Counted from the stretch's first letter, positions 19,039 to 29,315 are shown. The stretch is 64,000 nucleotides of DNA from an uncultured Candidatus Berkelbacteria bacterium (GCA_963698075.1 OY969116.1:19881-83880), one strand, 5' to 3'. The notes: generated by a model from the letters alone, not told the origin. Program-made: numbers and translations.

Positions 19039-21594
19039 TTACAATGAGGTAGCTGGCGATGGTATGGGACTGGGGGATGTTTTTGATTTAGTATTAATTA
19101 CCACCGAATCTGAGTAAGATAGGCCAGTAACATCAGTGACAACCGCGGAGACACGATGAGTTCCTGTTGAGAGAGTTGCGGTATTAGAAATCATTGAATA
19201 TGGTTTATTGGTGTCAGTACCGATGCTTTTATCATCGATTAAAAATTCGACACTTTTTATGCCAACAGCGGATTCGACGCTGGCTACAATCGTAAAAGAA
19301 CCATTAATTGTTTTGTTATTGGCCGGAGCGGTAATTTTAACAGTAGTTTTATTAGTTAAACCGGCGCAAGTTTTGGTACCCGAGGGTGGCGCTGTAGAGA
19401 TAATCCCCATGCTGGCGGCATAGGCTCTGACGGGATTTTCCCAATTGGGATTTTCGGGTAATTCTGAATGGATGTCCATATATGTTTTTTCCTCAACAAA
19501 TTGGCTGGGACAGTCATCAGTTGCTTCTTGACCAGTATATTTGTCAATTCTGATTGTACCCACGCCATGAGCCCGCTCAGTTGGTACTTGCCACGAGGTA
19601 AAAATATCGGTAATGATTTCACCACCAGCTGGTAATTTATTAGTATATTTGTCCACGGTCAATGATTGAATGCCGTCGGGTTTTTGGAAATCTTCCACCG
19701 GGGTATTGGCTAAAGCTTTAGCCATAAAGTCATGCCAAATTGGTGCTGCCGCCATGGCCCCGGCTGCTCCAGCAGTCATTGGTGAATTATCGTTATTGCC
19801 CACCCAAACACCGGTAACCAGCGAGGGCGTATAACCGAAGGTCCAAGCATCGCGGTATTCCGAGGTAGTTCCGGTTTTGGCGGCCACCGGCCGATCATCA
19901 AAATACAGCGCGGAGTTTGAGCCGAAGATAAATGACCGGGCTTGATTGTCAGAAAGAATTGAAGAAACTTCATAGGCAATGTCGGGTGAGAGAACTTCCT
20001 TTTTGTTATCTTTGTATGCTTCTAAGACTTTACCCGAACCATCAACGACTTTCAAAATTGGCGTTGTTGGCACTAACGCTCCATTGTTGGCGAAAACTCC
20101 ATAAGCTGTCGCTAGGTCTACCAGCTTGATTTCACCGCCGCCCAAAACCAAAGAAAGGCCGTATCGGTCTCGATCATTTAAAGTGGTAATACCCATCGAA
20201 TGGGCTTGATTTAGAACATTATCCAGGCCGGCTAAATAAAGAGTTTTTACTGCCGGAATATTCAAGGAGCCGGCTAAGGCTTTACGCATGCTGACCGGAC
20301 CATGAAAAGTACCATCATAGTTTCGAGGCGTATAGTTACCAAAATCAGTTTGAACATCCCAAAGAGTAAAAGCAGGATCATAATTTTGCTTAAAAGCGGT
20401 AGCATAAACCACTGGTTTAAAAGCCGATCCGGGCTGGCGTTCGGCCACAGCCACGTTGACTTGACCATCAATTGAATTATCAAAATAATCTTTTGAACCG
20501 ACCATCGCCAGAATTTGGCCGGTTTTGGGATCGATGGAAACCAAAGCAGCATTGGAAGCATTGATATTGTCAAAACGTCTGTCTGCCCCCGATTTGACAG
20601 CATCTTCCGCCATCACTTGTTTATCTAAATCTAGAGTTGTGGTGACTTTAAGCCCACTACTTTCCACCATTTGTTCGCCATATTTTTCCACTAGAACGCT
20701 TTTAACATATTCTGCAAAATGAGGGGCAACGACATAATCATGGCGCTCGGCAAATTTGAGATTTTTGGCCTCGGCTTTGGCTTTGTCGGCTTGGGCTTGG
20801 TCAATATATTTTAAAGAGACCATCGAATCTATAATCCAATTTACCCGGGCCAGTCTTTCATTAGGATGACTGCCATAAGGCGAATAATAGGTGGGTCGTT
20901 GCAGCATGGCCGCCAAGGTAGCTGCTTCAGCTAAATCCAAATCCTTGGCATGTTTGTCAAAGAAAGTTTGTGAGGCGGCTTCTACCCCATAAGCATTGCT
21001 GCCGTAGGGTATTTGGTTAAGGTACATGGTGAGAATCTCATTTTTCGAGTACATGATTTCGATTTCAATTGACAAAATCAGCTCTTTAATTTTGCGAGTA
21101 AAGGTTTTTTGAGGGGAAAGCAGGGCATTCTTGACAAATTGCTGAGTGATCGTTGAACCGCCGGAGAGAAAAGCTGTCTTATGGAAGATATCATAATAAG
21201 CGGCGCGCATAACACCTTTGATATTAATGGCGAATTCATGGTAGAAATTACGATCTTCGGCTGTCAGAGTTGTTTGTTTGACAACATCGGGGATATCCGT
21301 TGAATTAAGATCAAATCTTTTGATTCCACCGCTCACGGTGTAAATTGGCTCATCGTTACGATCGAAAAGCTGAATTGACCCGGCGGTTTGCAGGTTTTTA
21401 ATTTTGCCAGGCGTAGGTAAATCTTTGGCAAACCAGGCAAATAAAAGAAGGACAAATAAGAAAAAACCTAAAACAATTCTTAGGACCCAACGCCGAATCC
21501 TTCTCCAATTCCAGGTTCGCGGTTGGGTGATTTTTCTTAAGTTAAGAGGGTTACGAAACGGGTTTAAATTTTTTATTTGATCAATAACACTCAT
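19039..21594 (-). CDS. bifunctional class A penicillin-binding protein (PBP1A), with C-terminal Ig-like extension
   Basis: GT51 motifs EDRNFYHEFAINIKG and RKIKELILSIEIE. Transpeptidase motifs SAFKP, SLN and KTGTT. About 120-aa C-terminal beta-rich tail. Confidence 0.85.
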   Translation of the reverse strand: MSVIDQIKNLNPFRNPLNLRKITQPRTWNWRRIRRWVLRIVLGFFLFVLLLFAWFAKDLPTPGKIKNLQTAGSIQLFDRNDEPIYTVSGGIKRFDLNSTDIPDVVKQTTLTAEDRNFYHEFAINIKGVMRAAYYDIFHKTAFLSGGSTITQQFVKNALLSPQKTFTRKIKELILSIEIEIMYSKNEILTMYLNQIPYGSNAYGVEAASQTFFDKHAKDLDLAEAATLAAMLQRPTYYSPYGSHPNERLARVNWIIDSMVSLKYIDQAQADKAKAEAKNLKFAERHDYVVAPHFAEYVKSVLVEKYGEQMVESSGLKVTTTLDLDKQVMAEDAVKSGADRRFDNINASNAALVSIDPKTGQILAMVGSKDYFDNSIDGQVNVAVAERQPGSAFKPVVYATAFKQNYDPAFTLWDVQTDFGNYTPRNYDGTFHGPVSMRKALAGSLNIPAVKTLYLAGLDNVLNQAHSMGITTLNDRDRYGLSLVLGGGEIKLVDLATAYGVFANNGALVPTTPILKVVDGSGKVLEAYKDNKKEVLSPDIAYEVSSILSDNQARSFIFGSNSALYFDDRPVAAKTGTTSEYRDAWTFGYTPSLVTGVWVGNNDNSPMTAGAAGAMAAAPIWHDFMAKALANTPVEDFQKPDGIQSLTVDKYTNKLPAGGEIITDIFTSWQVPTERAHGVGTIRIDKYTGQEATDDCPSQFVEEKTYMDIHSELPENPNWENPVRAYAASMGIISTAPPSGTKTCAGLTNKTTVKITAPANNKTINGSFTIVASVESAVGIKSVEFLIDDKSIGTDTNKPYSMISNTATLSTGTHRVSAVVTDVTGLSYSDSVVINTKSKTSPSPIPSPATSL

Positions 21595-21691
21595 AAAATC
21601 AGCCCCTCCTAAATACTTCCTTTACATTTTACCATGATAAAGGTTAAAATAAAAATAGTCAAGCAATTAAAGTTAATGATAGGAGAATATT

Positions 21692-22888
21692 ATGGCAGGA
21701 AATATCGAAGAACTTTTAAGCCGTGGAGTGGGGGAAATTATTGTCAAAGATTCTCTCAAAAAAAAATTAGAATCAGGTAAAAATTTAAGAGTCAAGTATG
21801 GCATTGATCCCAATAGAGGCGATATTCATTTGGGTCATGCCGTCCCGATTAGAAAGCTCAAAGCTTTTCAAGATTTAGGGCATAAGGCGGTTTTTATTAT
21901 TGGCGATTATACGGCTCGCATTGGCGATCCTTCGGCTAAAGATAAAACGCGGGAGGCGCCTAGCGAAGCGGAAATTAAAAAAAATGCCGACTCTTTTTTT
22001 GCTCAAGCTTTTCGGATTCTAGACAAAGATAAAACTGAAATTCACCTTCAAAGCGAGTGGTTTGGCAAATTTGATTTGGAGAAAGTTTTGGAAATTGCCA
22101 GTAAGGTCTCGGTAGCTCAAATTATGGAACACGAAACTTTTAGAAAAAGAATCGAAAAAGGCCAACCATTTATGATCCATGAAGAAATTTATCCACTTTT
22201 ACAAGGTTACGATTCAGTTGCTATTCGCTCGGATCTCGAACTTGGCGGTACTGACCAAAAATTTAACTTACTCATGGGTCGACAGATGCAAAAAGCTTAC
22301 GGTCAAAAAGAACAAGATATTTTAATGATGAATTATTTAATCGGCCTCGACGGCAAAGAGAAAATGTCGAAATCACTCGGCAATTACATTGCGATCAATG
22401 ATGAACCCAATGACATGTATGGCAAAGTCATGTCAATTCCCGACAATTTGATTGTCCAATACTATGAACTTTGTACCGATCTCACTCCCGGTGGACTAGA
22501 AATTATCAAAAAAGAATTAGCCACAGGCAAAAATCCACGCGACATCAAAGCTGAGTTGGCGAAATTAATCGTTGAGATATATTATTCTGTTGACGAAGCG
22601 GCCAAAGCAGCGCTGGAATTCGATAAAGTTTTTGCCAAAAAACAGGTGCCTTCCCAAATGAAAGATTATCATCTCGAGGAGAGTCGGGCTCATTGGACGA
22701 CCATTGGGTTGTTATCGAGAGTGATGCCGAATGTCTCTGGATCTGAATTAAGAAGATTAATATTTCAAGGTGGCGTAGATTTGGATGGTATGAAAATATC
22801 TGATCCGAATTTTAGAGTCAAACCGAAAAACGGTAGCATCTTGAAAGTAGGCAAGAAAAAATTTTTCAAAATTAGAACCAATGATTAA
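21692..22888 (+). CDS. tyrS: tyrosyl-tRNA synthetase
   Basis: Class I motifs HLGH (DIHLGHAVP) and KMSKS. A C-terminal S4-like domain favours TyrRS over TrpRS. Confidence 0.8.
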   Translation: MAGNIEELLSRGVGEIIVKDSLKKKLESGKNLRVKYGIDPNRGDIHLGHAVPIRKLKAFQDLGHKAVFIIGDYTARIGDPSAKDKTREAPSEAEIKKNADSFFAQAFRILDKDKTEIHLQSEWFGKFDLEKVLEIASKVSVAQIMEHETFRKRIEKGQPFMIHEEIYPLLQGYDSVAIRSDLELGGTDQKFNLLMGRQMQKAYGQKEQDILMMNYLIGLDGKEKMSKSLGNYIAINDEPNDMYGKVMSIPDNLIVQYYELCTDLTPGGLEIIKKELATGKNPRDIKAELAKLIVEIYYSVDEAAKAALEFDKVFAKKQVPSQMKDYHLEESRAHWTTIGLLSRVMPNVSGSELRRLIFQGGVDLDGMKISDPNFRVKPKNGSILKVGKKKFFKIRTND

Positions 22889-24440
22889 ATTTAAAATCAA
22901 AGAATTAGTCAAAAAATCCCTTGAAACCGCTTATCCCTCAGCAGGGGATTTTAAATTTCAGATTGAATATGCCTCCGATAAATTCGGAGATTATTCGACC
23001 AATGTGGCGATGATAGTGGCAAAAAGAGTAGGCGAGAGGCCGATAGATATTGCTGGTAAAATCACCGCTGAATTATCGAAGGATGCAATGTTTGAGAAGG
23101 TCGAAGTCGCCAAGCCGGGTTTTATAAATTTTAAGATCGCACTCCCCTATCTTCAACAGCAAATTTTAGAGATTAATAAAGCCGGCAAAAAATATGGCAA
23201 TAGCGATTTAAGCCAAGACTTAAAAGTTAACGTTGAATTTATCTCCGCCAATCCCACTGGACCTTTAACTATCGGTAACGCTCGCGGTGGGGTAATTGGT
23301 GACACGCTGGCAAATATTTTCGTCTCAACCGGCTGGAGAATAACTCGTGAATATTATTTCAATGACGCTGGCGGACAGATCGATGTTCTGGGCCACTCGA
23401 TTTTAAAAGACGAACAAGCCCAATACAAAGGCGATTATATTGAGAAGCTTGCCAAGCAAATTAAAACGACTGACTATAAAGAAGCCGGTAAGCAAGCAGC
23501 GCAAATAATTATCGGCTGGATCAAAACTACCGCCGAAAAGATGGGAATCAAATTTGATGTCTGGACAGCGGAAGGCAAAGACCTCCGCGATAAAGGAAAA
23601 CTTGAAGAAACATTTGCTTGGATGAAGGAGGAGGGTCTCGCTTACGAAAAAGACGGTGCTTTGTGGTTTAAGTCAACCCAGTTTGGCGATGACAAAGATC
23701 GGGTGTTAATCAAAAGCACCGGCGAACCGACATACTTCGGTGTTGATGCCGCTTATCATCGAAATAAACTCTTAGAACGAAAATTTGATAAAGCCATTGA
23801 CGTTTGGGGTGCCGACCATCATGGTGATGTCTCGCGTATCAAAGGTTTCGTCAAAGCGCTGGGCTTTGAAGATAAATTCGAAATCGTGATTCATCAATTC
23901 GTTCATATTGTGGTTGACGGTAAAGAAGTTCGGATGTCTAAACGCACAGGCAACTTTATTGCCGTTGATGATGTTTTAGCCGAAGTCGGCGTCGACGCCT
24001 ACCGTTTTTACATGCTGGCTTACGATTTAAATAGTCACTTGAATTTTGATCTAAAATTGGCCAAAGAAAAGAGCGAAAAAAACCCGGTTTACTATGTTCA
24101 ATACGCTTACGCTCGAATCTCTTCGATCCTTGCTAAAGCCAAAAGCGTACAAGAGTCGGATTTGAGTTTAATCAAAGAACCAGCCGAGATAGCGTTAACC
24201 AAAGAACTTATCAAACTGCCAGACATTATTATCGAAACAGCAGAGGATTATCAAGTACAAAAACTGCCGCATTATGCTTTGGAGTTGGCGACAAAATTCC
24301 ATAATTTCTATGAAAAATGCCGCGTGATATCTGAAGATGAAAAACTTACCGCGGCAAGAATTAACTTAATTAAAGCGACTCAAATTGTTCTCAAAAAAAC
24401 CTTAGATCTAATGGGCATCTCCGCGCCAGAGAAAATGTAA
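22881..24440 (+). CDS. argS: arginyl-tRNA synthetase
   Basis: N-terminal Arg_tRNA_synt_N region, catalytic SANPTGPLTIGNARGG, a C-terminal DALR-type anticodon-binding domain. Overlaps tyrS by 8 nt. Confidence 0.9.
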   Translation: MIKFKIKELVKKSLETAYPSAGDFKFQIEYASDKFGDYSTNVAMIVAKRVGERPIDIAGKITAELSKDAMFEKVEVAKPGFINFKIALPYLQQQILEINKAGKKYGNSDLSQDLKVNVEFISANPTGPLTIGNARGGVIGDTLANIFVSTGWRITREYYFNDAGGQIDVLGHSILKDEQAQYKGDYIEKLAKQIKTTDYKEAGKQAAQIIIGWIKTTAEKMGIKFDVWTAEGKDLRDKGKLEETFAWMKEEGLAYEKDGALWFKSTQFGDDKDRVLIKSTGEPTYFGVDAAYHRNKLLERKFDKAIDVWGADHHGDVSRIKGFVKALGFEDKFEIVIHQFVHIVVDGKEVRMSKRTGNFIAVDDVLAEVGVDAYRFYMLAYDLNSHLNFDLKLAKEKSEKNPVYYVQYAYARISSILAKAKSVQESDLSLIKEPAEIALTKELIKLPDIIIETAEDYQVQKLPHYALELATKFHNFYEKCRVISEDEKLTAARINLIKATQIVLKKTLDLMGISAPEKM

Positions 24441-24467
24441 TATCAATGTTCTGGACCAAATACTCCG

Positions 24468-24495
24468 ATATTCTGCAGAATGTTGGAGGGTTTTT
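24468..24495 (+). repeat. second copy of the 28-nt palindrome/-35 motif
   Basis: Exact 28/28 match to 16421-16448 (30/31 over the extended motif). Lies in the convergent argS / minus-gene intergenic region. Confidence 0.9.
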
Positions 24496-24537
24496 CTAGG
24501 ATATAAAATCAGATAATTACTCGGGTGAAAAAATGCT

Positions 24538-24563
24538 AAACGCCCCAGGGGGTGGGGCGTTTG
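24538..24563. terminator. GC-rich hairpin AAACGCCCCA-GGGGG-TGGGGCGTTT
   Basis: 10-bp stem. On the minus strand it is followed by a TTTTTT run, so it is a rho-independent terminator for the 24567-25136 gene and possibly bidirectional for argS. Confidence 0.6.
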
Positions 24564-24566
24564 GAC

Positions 24567-25136
24567 TTATAGTCCCATGCTTTGAGGGATTTCGTAGGTC
24601 GTGCCATTCCAATGGATAAAAACCAAATCACCGGAATTTTCGGTAAAGACAAGCATCCAGGAAAGAAAACTTTCTTTAGTACTATCGTATGTTTGTAGGG
24701 CAATTCTGACTGGTTTTTTGGTTAATTCTTTATTGTCGAACAAGGAATTACCATCGTTTGATAAAACATAAACATGATATTTACCATTAGTCATCTTGGT
24801 AATCACTAAGGTCTCGTCCTTGCCATTGCCATTTGTATCAGCAGTGGAAACGTTTGCAAAGGTTTCGCCCTCAGGAATTTTCAACGCATTATAATCAATA
24901 GTGCCTGAGGGGCTGGGGGATGGTGTGGCCAGCGAAGAAAGATTAATTGAAGGCTCTCCAGAGATTTTCAAACTATTGCTAGGGATAGGAGAAGCATTTG
25001 TTTGGCCAGATTCGGTTACAGGTTGTTTAAAAAGAATATAGCCGCTGTAAATTAAACCCGCGAGCACCAAAATTGCGATGATGATTATTAAAGCCTTAGT
25101 TCCGCCCGAAGTTTTCTTTGGTAGATCGTCCCACAT
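24567..25136 (-). CDS. hypothetical membrane-anchored extracytoplasmic protein (189 aa)
   Basis: N-terminal TM (ALIIIIAILVLAGLIY), a Ser/Pro linker, then a beta-rich domain. Last gene of a minus-strand operon. Confidence 0.5.
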   Translation of the reverse strand: MWDDLPKKTSGGTKALIIIIAILVLAGLIYSGYILFKQPVTESGQTNASPIPSNSLKISGEPSINLSSLATPSPSPSGTIDYNALKIPEGETFANVSTADTNGNGKDETLVITKMTNGKYHVYVLSNDGNSLFDNKELTKKPVRIALQTYDSTKESFLSWMLVFTENSGDLVFIHWNGTTYEIPQSMGL

Positions 25137-25145
25137 TGCCCCTCC

Positions 25146-26210
25146 TCAAATTATTGGTCCATTAGTCAATTCGCTTAATTTCATTTTAATGTAATTCTTT
25201 TGCAAACTCAAGAATGAAGAAAGCCCCACTGGGATTGGGAGCCAAAAAGAAAGAAGACGAAAAATTAAAACCGCGGCCAAGGCCGTTGGCGCGGGAATAC
25301 CGAAGCCAATAAATATTAATCCCATCGAAGCTTCGCTAATTCCTACACCTCCCGGGATAAATGAAATAGTCGAAAGGATTCTGGCAATGGCGTAAGTGAA
25401 GATGACAATTGCCAAATGTGGCTTAAAGCCGAATCCGAGAAAGGCAAAATAAAGACAAAAAATATCGCCGAACCAAAAAAACAAAGCACCCAAAACAGCC
25501 GAAATCTGCAAGCGTCTATTTTGGGCTAAAATCGATGTCGCTTGATAGATTTTATCAACTAGAGGTGGAACCTTTTCTAGCTCAATTTTTTGAAAACGAA
25601 AAATTTTGGCGAAGTGATTGGCAAATTTAACCAAACTATAGGCTTTATTGAGCAGTCTTTCTTTTTTTAAATAGAGATAAATGAGCCAGAAGAAGAAACC
25701 AAAGGCCGCGAAATAAATCAACCAAATGATTAAAAGTTTGCGAGAATCAAGCTCGGGATTGATAGGTGAAAAAGCAACGCCAATTAAATAGATAAAAGCG
25801 AAAACAAACCAAATAATAATCGTCCGGGACACGAACATTAAAACAATATGCGAAGTACGGATATTTTTGGCCCGATAAAAATAATAGTCAACCGCTGCCT
25901 CACCGAAAGTTGCCAAGGGCAAAAATTGGACAGAAAAAGAGTCCATTAGCGAAATTTTTAAGATATCCCAAAATTTCAATTTGTCGCCCGTCATGCGCAA
26001 AACCGTGCGATTGATGATGGCCGAACCAATATAAAAAAAAGATTCTGCCATTATAGCCAAGAGGAATGCCCAATATTTAATTTTATTCAAAAGATCTAAG
26101 GTTTCTTTGAGGCCAATGATCTTCGGGATCAGAATCCAAATCCCAATACCTACCAATAAAATGATGACGATTCTTTTCCAAGAAAAAAACCTAACAGCAT
26201 TCTTTTTCAT
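25146..26210 (-). CDS. polytopic membrane protein, lysyl-phosphatidylglycerol synthase TM-region-like (UPF0104-like)
   Basis: 8-10 predicted TM helices. Overall resemblance to the MprF flippase-type membrane domain. No synthase domain. Confidence 0.45.
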   Translation of the reverse strand: MKKNAVRFFSWKRIVIILLVGIGIWILIPKIIGLKETLDLLNKIKYWAFLLAIMAESFFYIGSAIINRTVLRMTGDKLKFWDILKISLMDSFSVQFLPLATFGEAAVDYYFYRAKNIRTSHIVLMFVSRTIIIWFVFAFIYLIGVAFSPINPELDSRKLLIIWLIYFAAFGFFFWLIYLYLKKERLLNKAYSLVKFANHFAKIFRFQKIELEKVPPLVDKIYQATSILAQNRRLQISAVLGALFFWFGDIFCLYFAFLGFGFKPHLAIVIFTYAIARILSTISFIPGGVGISEASMGLIFIGFGIPAPTALAAVLIFRLLSFWLPIPVGLSSFLSLQKNYIKMKLSELTNGPII

Positions 26211-26233
26211 AAATTTTTAACACCTTTAACGCC

Positions 26234-28447
26234 TTAAATCGAGATTTCATAGACACTATTTTTTTCCAGGATCCAGATCTTGCGTGATTTTACCGAGACA
26301 CTAAAATCGCTAAGATGATCGAAATTTTCCCCAAAGGCATATTGATGGATAAATTGGCCATCTTTATCAAATTCGAGAATTCTTTTTTGCCCGGCGTCAA
26401 GAATATAGAGCGATGGAGTGTCGGAATCCGTATAAATCTTAAGCGGTTTGGTAATCGTATCATAAGGTGTAGGGATATTTTTAAGACCAAAATTCGTCAT
26501 CAGTCTTGATTTTTGAAGTTTAACTGCCTTGCCTGAGTTTTTCAAAACGTAAATTGATCCATCGATAGCCAGGGAAATGGCATCTCTTAAATTAATGTTG
26601 GTCGCTGATATATATTCTTCGCCTGCTTGGAATTCTGTTTGGTTGGAAGTATGCTTGTAAATTTGCCCCAAGATTCCATCTAATAGATAAAGAGTGCCCA
26701 CGTAACTCGCGAGCGAATTAGCTGTTTCCCAATGAGCATCAGCATTAATTTTAGCAAGTTCCAATTTTTTCGATGAAGTATCAAATTGATAGAGATTTTG
26801 ACCACTGGTATAAAGATAAATAATTGAATCTGAGCGGGTACCGGCGGTAAAGTTACCTTTGGTTGAAGGGATGGTGCCGACTTTGCTAGGAGCACCTCCG
26901 ATGAGATTTCCTTGATAAATGTCGCTATCAGAAACAACAAAAACTTGGCCAGAGGCCACGAACAATTCTTTAGCATTATCGGGAATCGTCACAAGGGGCG
27001 TAAGTTTTCCGAAACGAGTCGTGGCTGTTAGTTTATCAAGCTCATTATTACAACCATCGAGGGTGCTTTGGGCGTCTTTAGCAACTAGTGTTTTATTTAA
27101 GATACCCTGAGACTTTTCAATGCAGGCAGCAAATTGTTCCTTGGCTTGGTCCTGATTACCTTCAGCAACCAAATTTTTCCCTTGTTTTTCGGCGGCCAGC
27201 GCTTCATCGAGAATTTTTTGAGCATTTAAATTGCCGACTTGATTGCCTCTATTTCTTATCAAGACAACAAGAGCAACCACTACAATTAAAAATATACATA
27301 AAGCAATGTATAAGTTTTTCCGCCTTTTGCGATCTCTGGCGCTTTGGACCACCCAATCAGAAACCCAGAGAATTTTTGACCAAATCCAAGAAAATATCTT
27401 CGTCCACCATTTTTGAAGAGCTTTTGATTTTCTCTGTTCTTTTCTCGCATTGTAGTAATGAATGTAGAGATCTGGAGAATATTTGACTTCTTCGTCTTTG
27501 AGTAAACCGTCATCGCGGGTTGACTCCTCAGTCATAAATTCTTCATGGAAGCGATCGGTCTTCATGTCTTTGTGGGCGGTCGCTTCTGATATCGTTTTTT
27601 TTGAAAATCTGTTTTGAATGGGTTGATAACCCTTTTTAAATAAGCTGATGATTATTTTTCTCAAGGAGAGGAAGAGAATTTTGGTTAAATTAACTAATTT
27701 CATGCCAATGGAATCAGTTGATTTGTCTAGATAAAAAACTTCCTCTAATTGACCTTCGATCGTTTCGCTCGATAATTCTTCTTTGGAGCCAAGTTCAATT
27801 ATTATAAGGTTTACCGTTCTGACTCTTTCTTTTCTTAGGAGTTTCGTAATTTGTAAGGCCGATTGCGAGGCATTATTTATGCTAATGATTTGTCGAATCG
27901 AATCTAGAGAGATGTGTTCAAAAAGTTCCTTATTGGCAATAACAATTTTGTCCTGGCTTTTGAGTTCCCCGGAGATAATATTGGAGAAGGTTTTCAAAGG
28001 ATGTGGTTCTATCGGTCCAGCTAAGTTCTCTGTCAAATGGTTAACTTTCCCGTCTCGAAAAATATAAACCTCAATCAGACCAGTAATACTTAAATGCAAA
28101 TTATTACCAACGATTGCCGCTAAAAGAGCATTGAGATTGCCGATCCAATCAGTTTCGCCATTTTGGGTAATTTGGGCCAGATCTTCGTTGACCCTTTTGA
28201 GAGAAGTTTCAAAATTAACCAGATCAGAGGTACTGCCACCCTGGTAATAATATTTGACAAAATTACTGATGATGGTCTGACCCACTTGGGCCGTCGGGAA
28301 CCAGGGAGAAAGCATCTCGGCCAAAGTAAAAATTTCTCCCATGGGTTTTTTAGCTAAATCGTGGCTGGTATGATGCTGGCAGGTTAAAAATCGGTCGGGC
28401 AATTTGCCCGAGTTGGTGATTCTGGCGAATTGTATTTCGTAACTCAC
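26234..28447 (-). CDS. large membrane-spanning hypothetical protein: N-terminal cytoplasmic domain, one TM, C-terminal beta-propeller-like repeats
   Basis: About 737 aa. Central TM (IALCIFLIVVVALVVLI), a coiled-coil stretch, then C-terminal repeated beta-strand motifs. The N-terminal domain is vaguely PP2C-like (uncertain). GTG start chosen at 28447 because an AGGTG SD lies 6 nt upstream; the track's GTG at 28456 is the alternative. Confidence 0.5.
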   Translation of the reverse strand: MSYEIQFARITNSGKLPDRFLTCQHHTSHDLAKKPMGEIFTLAEMLSPWFPTAQVGQTIISNFVKYYYQGGSTSDLVNFETSLKRVNEDLAQITQNGETDWIGNLNALLAAIVGNNLHLSITGLIEVYIFRDGKVNHLTENLAGPIEPHPLKTFSNIISGELKSQDKIVIANKELFEHISLDSIRQIISINNASQSALQITKLLRKERVRTVNLIIIELGSKEELSSETIEGQLEEVFYLDKSTDSIGMKLVNLTKILFLSLRKIIISLFKKGYQPIQNRFSKKTISEATAHKDMKTDRFHEEFMTEESTRDDGLLKDEEVKYSPDLYIHYYNARKEQRKSKALQKWWTKIFSWIWSKILWVSDWVVQSARDRKRRKNLYIALCIFLIVVVALVVLIRNRGNQVGNLNAQKILDEALAAEKQGKNLVAEGNQDQAKEQFAACIEKSQGILNKTLVAKDAQSTLDGCNNELDKLTATTRFGKLTPLVTIPDNAKELFVASGQVFVVSDSDIYQGNLIGGAPSKVGTIPSTKGNFTAGTRSDSIIYLYTSGQNLYQFDTSSKKLELAKINADAHWETANSLASYVGTLYLLDGILGQIYKHTSNQTEFQAGEEYISATNINLRDAISLAIDGSIYVLKNSGKAVKLQKSRLMTNFGLKNIPTPYDTITKPLKIYTDSDTPSLYILDAGQKRILEFDKDGQFIHQYAFGENFDHLSDFSVSVKSRKIWILEKNSVYEISI

Positions 28448-28456
28448 AGTTAGCAC

Positions 28457-28503
28457 CTTAATTCATCATTGAATTAGCAACTTAATTCATCATTGAATTA
28501 GCA
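28457..28503. repeat. tandem direct repeat (2 x 23 nt, period 24) CTTAATTCATCATTGAATTAGCA, each unit with an internal AATTCA/TGAATT hairpin
   Basis: Read directly. Sits immediately 5' of the minus-strand operon start, in its promoter/5'UTR region. Confidence 0.85.
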
Positions 28504-28581
28504 TTTTACGACATCAAAAACCTCGCATTCAGCGTCTATTACTAATAGTATATTCTAAAAAAAATACTGTCAAATCTTAGT

Positions 28582-28654
28582 ATTTTTAAAAATCGGGGTA
28601 GTCAGACTTGAACTGACGATCTCCAGACCCCCAGCCTGGCGCTTTGCCAACTAA
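28582..28654 (-). tRNA. tRNA-Pro (anticodon GGG)
   Basis: Manually folded cloverleaf on the minus strand. Acceptor CGGGGTA/TACCCCG with the C1:G72 pair typical of bacterial tRNA-Pro. D-stem GCTT/AAGC. Anticodon loop CTGGGGG. T-arm GTCAG-TTCAAGT-CTGAC. No encoded CCA. Confidence 0.75.
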
Positions 28655-28691
28655 GCTATACCCCGACGCCTGCCTCCGTCATATAATTTTT

Positions 28692-29315
28692 TTAAAGGAG
28701 AATTGGTTTTCCGGTAATCAGAGTAAAGAAAAGGGCAACCGTTTTCGACATTAAGGTCGGGATGATGGGAATAAAAGATGAAAAGATGATGATAATAAAT
28801 AGTAGGGGAATGCCAAATTGTTGCAGGAAAAGATAAGTTTCTTCGCTGGTAAAAATCGCCAAAATTTTTGAGCCGTCCAGGGGTGGAATAGGGATGAGAT
28901 TAAAAATCATTAAGACGAGATTAAAAAAGATCATCAAAAACAAAAATTCTTCTAAAATTGTCGGTAGGTTGATAAATCGATATAAAAGGCCCAAGATAAT
29001 CGCTAACAAAAGATTACTTATCGGACCTGCCAGTGAAACAGTTAAATTATCTATTTTTGGATTTTTAAAATTACGGGGATTGACGATGACCGGTTTACCC
29101 CACCCAAAACCAGCAAGAAGTAAAAAAATTGTCCCAGTGATATCAAGGTGAGCCAAGGGATTGAGAGACAACCTTCCCATTAATTTTGCCGTAGGATCAC
29201 CATAAAAATTCGCCATCCAAGCATGGGCATATTCATGAATGGTGATGGCCACCAGTAAAGCGATAATGAAGCCTAAAAAAATTAGGGGGTTGGTAAATAA
29301 ATTAAAAAGTAACAT
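28692..29315 (-). CDS. site-2 protease family (M50) membrane zinc metalloprotease
   Basis: HEYAHAW (HExxH) inside the first TM helix and LNPLAHLD downstream. Multi-TM. Confidence 0.75.
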   Translation of the reverse strand: MLLFNLFTNPLIFLGFIIALLVAITIHEYAHAWMANFYGDPTAKLMGRLSLNPLAHLDITGTIFLLLAGFGWGKPVIVNPRNFKNPKIDNLTVSLAGPISNLLLAIILGLLYRFINLPTILEEFLFLMIFFNLVLMIFNLIPIPPLDGSKILAIFTSEETYLFLQQFGIPLLFIIIIFSSFIPIIPTLMSKTVALFFTLITGKPILL

